The position numbers and the translations under genes were made by a program. A model generated the notes under the pieces. That model saw only the letters and a list, made by a program, of their open reading frames with translations, ran no database searches and was not told the DNA's origin. From an uncultured Muribaculaceae bacterium (GTDB lineage: Bacteria > Bacillota_I > Bacilli_A > RF39 > UBA660), in NCBI GenBank assembly GCA_964473455.1, contig CAYYQX010000004.1:27965-91964 (forward strand): DNA of 64,000 nt. The letters run 5' to 3'. The stretch's first letter is position 1. Each line of letters opens with the position of its first letter. Positions 58,756-64,000 of this stretch are shown here, piece by piece.

Positions 58756-60021
58756 ATGATGTTAGAAATAATTAATGAAAAAAGACTAGGACAAGAACTT
58801 ACAAAAGAAGAAATAAATTTTTTTGTCGAAAATTATACAAAAGATTTAATCCCTGATGATCAGATGAGTAATCTTTTAATGGCTATATGTGCTAATGGCA
58901 TGACTGATGATGAAACTATTAATTTAACAGATGCTATGATCAATTCGGGGGATGTTTATAGTTTTAATGAAGAAAATATGGTAGACAAACATTCAACTGG
59001 TGGGGTTGGAGACAAAACAACATTAATTTTAGGACCAATTGTTGCTAGCCTTGGAATAAAGGTTTGTAAGATGAGCGGTAAAAGTTTAGGATTTACTGGA
59101 GGCACAATAGATAAGTTAGAAGCTATTCCAAACTTTAACGTTAATTTAAGTGAGGAAGAAGTATTAAGTAACCTTGATAAAGTTGGCTTAGTTATAACAA
59201 GTCAAACAAAAAACTTAGTTCCGGCTGATAAAAAGATATATGCTTTAAGAGACATTAGCGGGACAACAGAATCTATCCCACTTATAGCTTCATCTATCAT
59301 GAGTAAGAAAATAGCCTCAGGTAGTAAAAAAATAGTAATAGATTTAAAAGTTGGCAAAGGTGCTTTAATAAAAACAATTGAAGAAGCTAGAAAACTGGCT
59401 AATTTATTGATTAAAATAGGTAAGCACTATAACTGCCAAGTAGTTTGTGTTTTAACAAATATGGATTATCCATTAGGAACAAGTATAGGAAATGCTTTAG
59501 AAGTTAAGGAAGCAGAAGAATTCTTAAAAGGAAATAGAAGTAAAGACTTAGAAGACCTTATATATGTTCTTGCTTCTCATATGGTTAGCTTGGGTTTAAA
59601 TATAAGCTTAGATGAAGCCTTAATTAAAGTAAAAGAAACACTTGAAAATAAAAGAGCTTTAAATAAATTTTATGAATTTATTAAGGCACAAAAAGGCAAA
59701 ATTGAAAAATTAGAAATATCAGAAAAAATGTTTTCTGTAAAAAGCCCATATACGGGGTTTGTAGACAATGTGGATGCTAAAAAAATAGGCGAGTTAGTTA
59801 AAAACATTGGAGCCGGAAGAAAAACAAAAGATGATACAATTGATTATACTGTTGGATTTGTTTTAAATAAAAAAGTAGGCGATTATGTTTTACAGGACGA
59901 AGAACTAGTAAAAGTATATTTAAATAAAATAGATTTAAAGATTGCCGATATTGTTGATTGCTTTCATATTGACAATACCCTAGGGGATTTAAAACCAATG
60001 ATTTATGAAATTATAAAATAA
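58756..60021 (+). CDS. pdp: Pyrimidine-nucleoside (thymidine) phosphorylase
   Basis: HSTGGVGDKTTLILGPIVASLGI...KMSGKSLGFTGGTIDKLE. Start taken at the MM codons by alignment with B. subtilis Pdp (MRMVDIIIKKQNGKELTTEEIQFF) rather than the upstream TTG in the ORF track. Confidence 0.85.
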   Translation: MMLEIINEKRLGQELTKEEINFFVENYTKDLIPDDQMSNLLMAICANGMTDDETINLTDAMINSGDVYSFNEENMVDKHSTGGVGDKTTLILGPIVASLGIKVCKMSGKSLGFTGGTIDKLEAIPNFNVNLSEEEVLSNLDKVGLVITSQTKNLVPADKKIYALRDISGTTESIPLIASSIMSKKIASGSKKIVIDLKVGKGALIKTIEEARKLANLLIKIGKHYNCQVVCVLTNMDYPLGTSIGNALEVKEAEEFLKGNRSKDLEDLIYVLASHMVSLGLNISLDEALIKVKETLENKRALNKFYEFIKAQKGKIEKLEISEKMFSVKSPYTGFVDNVDAKKIGELVKNIGAGRKTKDDTIDYTVGFVLNKKVGDYVLQDEELVKVYLNKIDLKIADIVDCFHIDNTLGDLKPMIYEIIK

Positions 60022-60025
60022 AGCT

Positions 60026-60214
60026 TTAACAAATAAATTAAGTTGTGATATAATGTAAGTAGAAGTAATTTATATATAATTTAATATTTAAAAAATTAAT
60101 AAACAAAGAGGTTGTAAATTTATATATATAAATTATAAAACAAAAAACATTTCAATCATTTTTACAAAAGCGTTGTATTTTAAGGCTAAAACACTTATAT
60201 CTATAAGTGTTTTT
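60026..60214 (+). promoter_or_regulatory. Promoter plus hairpin/T-run defining a ~150-nt leader or candidate sRNA upstream of the nrd operon
   Basis: TTAACA(60026-60031)-17-TATAAT(60049-60054) with an upstream TG (extended -10). No ORF follows. A 9-bp perfect palindrome ACACTTATA-tc-TATAAGTGT (about 60187-60206) is followed by TTTTTTTT. A related AAAACACTTGTATGT repeats at about 60284-60298. Confidence 0.4.
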
Positions 60215-60344
60215 TTTACACAAAAATGTTTTTAAATTAGAAAAGTAAAAAACAAAATGTAAAAATTAGTAAAAAAAAACATAAAACACTTGTATGTTTT
60301 TTTGTGGTGTGATATCCTTTACTTAAGGTAGGAGGGGAAACACA

Positions 60345-62195
60345 ATGGAAGAATTAATAGTTGTTAAAAGAAGTGGTCAAAGAGTAAAATTTGATGGTAT
60401 TAAGATTGCTATCGCAATTAAAAAAGCCTTCGATAGTGTTAACCGTAATTACCAAGAAGAGGAAATCAATAAAGTTTATGAAAGCACTTTAAAATACATT
60501 ACTTTAGTATATAAAGATAGAAAGACAATCAACGTTGAAGATATTCAAGATATGATTGAAACTATCTTAAAAAACGAAAAGTATATAGAAGTATATAAAG
60601 AGTTTTCTGAATATAGAAAAAAAAGAGCTGAATCAAGAAAAGCTTTCAGTGAAAAAAAAGAACACAAATTTGTAAAAGTTATTGAGCAAACAAACAGTAT
60701 GAACAAAAGAATGGAAACTCCATATAAAATGCTTAAAAAGTTTGGAGAAAATATTTCTCTTGAATACACCAAATCTTATATTATTGATAGTAAATATGTT
60801 AGAGCTCACGATGAAGGAAGAATTTTTATTCACAACTTTTCTTATTTTAATTTAGGATTTCTCGGTTCAACGCATATAAAATTAGAAAATTGTCTTCAAA
60901 ATAATAACTGTTTCTTTGATATACTATTTAAATTAATAAATGCTAAAAAAGAAATCAAAGGAGAAATTGCCATTGATAATATTGACGTTTTATTAAACGA
61001 ACATCTTTTAGAACTTTTCAAACAAAAATTTATTGACAAACTAAAGAATTATCTCCAAATAAATGATTATTTAGAACTTGTTAGATTTGCCGATATAGTT
61101 CAAAGAATAAAAGATCAAAAAGAAATAAATCTAGTAAATTGTAATGATATTTTGCCAAACGAAAGAGTAAAAAAAATATTTGATAGTTCTTACAACGAAG
61201 CTTTAAACGAAATAAATGAAATGTTAAAGCAAAATTTACAAAACATTATAGAGTTTTTAAACAAAGAAGATATCTTTACCATTACAACAGGAGAAATAAT
61301 TAACTCAAAAATAAATGAAGTATTATTAGATATTATAATAGAAAATAAAAAGTATGAAAACATATTTGTTATATATAAAGTAACTAAAAAAACCCCTGAT
61401 GTCATATATAATAAGATAGCTAATATCATAAATAGTAAGAAAAATATTAAGTTACACTTTATTGAAAACGATGTTATTAGTGAATTCTTTGCTAACGGAC
61501 AAAGAATAATTGATGCTAGTCCAACAGGAAGAAGTAATATTGGAAATATCTCAGTTAACTTGCCAAGAATAATTATGAAGTATAAAAAAGTAGAATTTTA
61601 TAAAAAACTAGATAACTTAATTAACTTTGCTGTCAACAATTTGGAATTTATCTTTGAACAAATAGGAGATAAAATAAAAGATAATTATCAAATACTATTT
61701 GATGGAACAATCTTAAATGATGAAAAATTAGAAAAAAAGCAAAAGATTAGAAAAGTAATTAAAACAGGGACTTTAAATATTAACTTAGTTGGTTTAAAAG
61801 AAAGTGCCAATATGTTAAATGAAAAAGAACTAGAAAGTACTATTTTTAAAATATTAAAACAAGTCAAAGTAAGACTAAATGAAGAGTCAAAAAAAAGTAA
61901 ATTGAATTATACCTTTAGTGCAATCAACAGTGAAGCGTCAACTTACTTTATCGATATTGACAAAACTGTTTATGGTACGTTAGATAAAATCACCAAAAAA
62001 GAAGCTTATGAAAATATTTGCTTTGTAAAATCAATTAAAGAAGCTGAAGTAGTAAGTGAGTACCAAAAAATGCTTACCGGTGGTAGTGAACTAGAAATGA
62101 TAATAGATGCTCCTTCCAAAGAAAAGATAATAGAAACGATTAAAAAACTAATTGAGAAAAACATTATTTTTGCTAATCTAAAGGTGACCAAATGA
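60345..62195 (+). CDS. NrdD-like protein with an N-terminal ATP-cone but without glycyl-radical and zinc-ribbon motifs (putative inactive class III RNR paralogue)
   Basis: ATP-cone VVKRSGQRVKFDGIKIAIAIKKAF. YVRAHDEGRIFIHNFSYFNLGFLGSTHI aligns with the bona fide NrdD downstream (IANAHRNCDIHIHDLSMLTGYCAGWSL), with the Cys replaced. The C-terminus ...YENICFVKSIK...ANLKVTK lacks both RVxGY and CxxC...CxxC. Strong RBS aggagggg. The stop overlaps nrdG. Confidence 0.6.
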   Translation: MEELIVVKRSGQRVKFDGIKIAIAIKKAFDSVNRNYQEEEINKVYESTLKYITLVYKDRKTINVEDIQDMIETILKNEKYIEVYKEFSEYRKKRAESRKAFSEKKEHKFVKVIEQTNSMNKRMETPYKMLKKFGENISLEYTKSYIIDSKYVRAHDEGRIFIHNFSYFNLGFLGSTHIKLENCLQNNNCFFDILFKLINAKKEIKGEIAIDNIDVLLNEHLLELFKQKFIDKLKNYLQINDYLELVRFADIVQRIKDQKEINLVNCNDILPNERVKKIFDSSYNEALNEINEMLKQNLQNIIEFLNKEDIFTITTGEIINSKINEVLLDIIIENKKYENIFVIYKVTKKTPDVIYNKIANIINSKKNIKLHFIENDVISEFFANGQRIIDASPTGRSNIGNISVNLPRIIMKYKKVEFYKKLDNLINFAVNNLEFIFEQIGDKIKDNYQILFDGTILNDEKLEKKQKIRKVIKTGTLNINLVGLKESANMLNEKELESTIFKILKQVKVRLNEESKKSKLNYTFSAINSEASTYFIDIDKTVYGTLDKITKKEAYENICFVKSIKEAEVVSEYQKMLTGGSELEMIIDAPSKEKIIETIKKLIEKNIIFANLKVTK

Positions 62196-62869
62196 TAATA
62201 AGTGGTATGCAAAAATTAACTCTTCTAGATTATCCAACCAAAACCGCTTGTATGATTTTTACGGGAGGTTGTAACTTTAACTGTTCTTATTGCCACAATT
62301 CATCTTTAATTAAAAACGAACAAACAAGTTTTATTAAAGAAGAAGAGGTATTAGAGTATCTAGAAAAAAGAAAAAAAGTATTAGATGGTCTTGTTATATC
62401 TGGTGGTGAACCAACAATTCAAGTCGGTCTAAAAAACTTTATTACTAAAGTAAAACAAATAGGTTTAAAAGTTAAACTAGATACTAATGGATATAACCCT
62501 AAAGTATTACAAGATTTAATTAACAACAACTTGTTAGATTATATAGCTATGGATATAAAAGGAGATTTTTTAGACTACGATGATATTTGTGGGAAAAAAA
62601 TAGATTCAAAAAAAATCCTTGAAAGTATAGAAATAATAAAAAAATCAAATATCGATCATGAATTTAGAACTACAATAATTAAGCAGTATCACACTATAGA
62701 TAAGATAAAAAAAATAAAGGAGTTAGTCAAAGATTCCAAATATTATCTTCAGAATTTTAAAATATCTAAAGAAGTTTTAAATAAAAATTTAACCCCATTT
62801 AGTGAAGAAGAATTAAATTTAATAAAAAAAGAAATAGAAGGCCTTAACATAATAGTTAGGGGATTATAG
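62192..62869 (+). CDS. nrdG: Anaerobic ribonucleoside-triphosphate reductase activating protein (radical SAM)
   Basis: FTGGCNFNCSYCHN radical-SAM cluster motif, GLVISGGEP SAM-binding motif. 225 aa. Confidence 0.85.
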   Translation: MIISGMQKLTLLDYPTKTACMIFTGGCNFNCSYCHNSSLIKNEQTSFIKEEEVLEYLEKRKKVLDGLVISGGEPTIQVGLKNFITKVKQIGLKVKLDTNGYNPKVLQDLINNNLLDYIAMDIKGDFLDYDDICGKKIDSKKILESIEIIKKSNIDHEFRTTIIKQYHTIDKIKKIKELVKDSKYYLQNFKISKEVLNKNLTPFSEEELNLIKKEIEGLNIIVRGL

Positions 62870-62878
62870 GAGAAGAAG

Positions 62879-64000
62879 ATGTACAAAGTAAGAAAAAGAG
62901 ATGGAAAAATAGTTCCGTTTGATATTAAGAGAATAAGTGAAGCAATAATAAAGGGTTTTGAAGCCGAAGAAAAAAAATACGATACAGATGTCATTGATTT
63001 TTTAGCTTTAAAAGTAACGGCTGATTTTGAACCAAAGATCAAAGACAATATTGTCGATGTTGAAGATATTCAAGATTCAGTTGAAGCAACTTTAATAAAG
63101 GGTGGATACGCCGAAGTTGCTAAAGCTTATATTCTATATCGAAGACTACACGATAAAATGCGTAATATGAAATCAACTATTTTAGATTATAAAGAACTAG
63201 TAAACAGTTATGTTAATGTAACAGACTGGCGAGTAAAAGAAAATTCAACAGTGACTTATTCTGTTGGAGGACTTATTCTTTCCAATTCAGGTGCCATAAC
63301 AGCTAATTATTGGTTAAGTGAAATATATGATGATGAGATAGCTAACGCTCATAGAAATTGTGATATTCATATCCACGATTTATCAATGTTAACAGGATAT
63401 TGTGCTGGGTGGAGTTTAAAGCAATTGATTAAAGAAGGTTTAGGTGGAGTTAGTGGCAAGATTACTTCAAGCCCTGCTAGACATTTAGGAACTTTATGTA
63501 ATCAAATGGTAAATTTCTTAGGTATTATGCAAAACGAATGGGCCGGAGCGCAAGCATTTTCTTCTTTCGATACTTATCTAGCGCCTTTTGTAAAAAAAGA
63601 CAACATGACATATAAAGAAGTAAAACAAGCTATTCAGTCTTTTGTTTATGGAGTAAACACACCAAGTCGTTGGGGAACACAACCTCCTTTTACAAATATT
63701 ACTTTAGATTGGACAGTTCCAAACGATTTAGCTGAACTTAACTGCTTAGTTGGTAGTGAGGAAATGGACTTTAAATACAAAGATTGTCAAAAAGAAATGG
63801 ACATGGTAAATAAAGCCTTTATCGATATTATGACTGAAGGAGACGCCAACGGTAGAGGATTTGAATATCCTATTCCAACATACTCTATAACTAAAGACTT
63901 TAAATTTGATGATACAGAAAATAATAAGATGTTATTTGAAATGACAGCGAAATATGGTACTCCTTATTTTTCAAACTATATTAACTCTGATATGGAGCCA
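62879..64000 (+). CDS. nrdD: Anaerobic ribonucleoside-triphosphate reductase NrdD (class III), N-terminal ~374 aa; continues beyond the window
   Basis: ATP-cone MYKVRKRDGKIVPFDIKRISEAI. Conserved NrdD segments CDIHIHDL, LTGYCAGWSL, NFLGIMQNEWAGAQAFSSFDTYLAPF and TQPPFTNITLDW. RBS aggaga. The ORF runs off the 3' end. Confidence 0.85.
   Translation, partial: MYKVRKRDGKIVPFDIKRISEAIIKGFEAEEKKYDTDVIDFLALKVTADFEPKIKDNIVDVEDIQDSVEATLIKGGYAEVAKAYILYRRLHDKMRNMKSTILDYKELVNSYVNVTDWRVKENSTVTYSVGGLILSNSGAITANYWLSEIYDDEIANAHRNCDIHIHDLSMLTGYCAGWSLKQLIKEGLGGVSGKITSSPARHLGTLCNQMVNFLGIMQNEWAGAQAFSSFDTYLAPFVKKDNMTYKEVKQAIQSFVYGVNTPSRWGTQPPFTNITLDWTVPNDLAELNCLVGSEEMDFKYKDCQKEMDMVNKAFIDIMTEGDANGRGFEYPIPTYSITKDFKFDDTENNKMLFEMTAKYGTPYFSNYINSDMEP

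Overview
This window is a chromosomal housekeeping region from a low-GC (roughly 30% GC) Firmicute. It uses the standard genetic code and has a peptidoglycan cell wall (murE, sepF and divIVA are present), so it is not a TGA=Trp mollicute. Almost everything is on the + strand and densely packed, and several blocks share gene order with Bacillus: lexA, a divergent small SOS gene, tkt and yneF; rimP-nusA-ylxR-infB; sepF-divIVA-ileS; rnhC-cvpA; trmR-yrrN-yrrO.

Identified genes are pgk (3' end), tpiA, a Spo0A-like regulator, recA, hemW, dnaG, sigA, a PilC/GspF-like protein plus prepilin peptidase, greA, tig, ffh, recG, rimP, nusA, ylxR, infB, lexA, tkt, uvrA, sepF, divIVA, ileS, mscL, murE, rnhC, cvpA, trx, rpsO, pnp, dut, thrS, frr, pdp, nrdG and nrdD (5' part). 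There are two tRNA-Arg genes (anticodons TCT and CCT) and two T-box leaders, one with an Ile specifier before ileS and one with a Thr specifier before dut-thrS. I found no CRISPR array, transposase or integrase.

The main candidates for something new are:
- an intact but apparently catalytically dead NrdD paralogue with an ATP-cone, placed directly upstream of nrdG-nrdD and preceded by a promoter and hairpin-defined leader or sRNA candidate with ACAC...GTGT palindromes;
- a perfect LexA (Cheo) box sitting in the promoter of an unannotated 47-aa single-TM gene divergent from lexA, a YneA/SosA-type SOS cell-division-inhibitor candidate, with LexA-like palindromes also at lexA and uvrA but none at recA;
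- a Thr T-box whose terminator is immediately followed by dut, which is translationally coupled to thrS;
- a T4-gp1-like dNMP kinase coupled to a minimal 583-aa AlaRS;
- a PilC-like protein with a 300-aa repeat-containing N-terminal extension;
- an orphan Spo0A-like regulator;
- a 430-bp structured gap where rpsP-rimM-trmD-rplS would normally follow ffh;
- several unrecognisable proteins next to tRNA genes.
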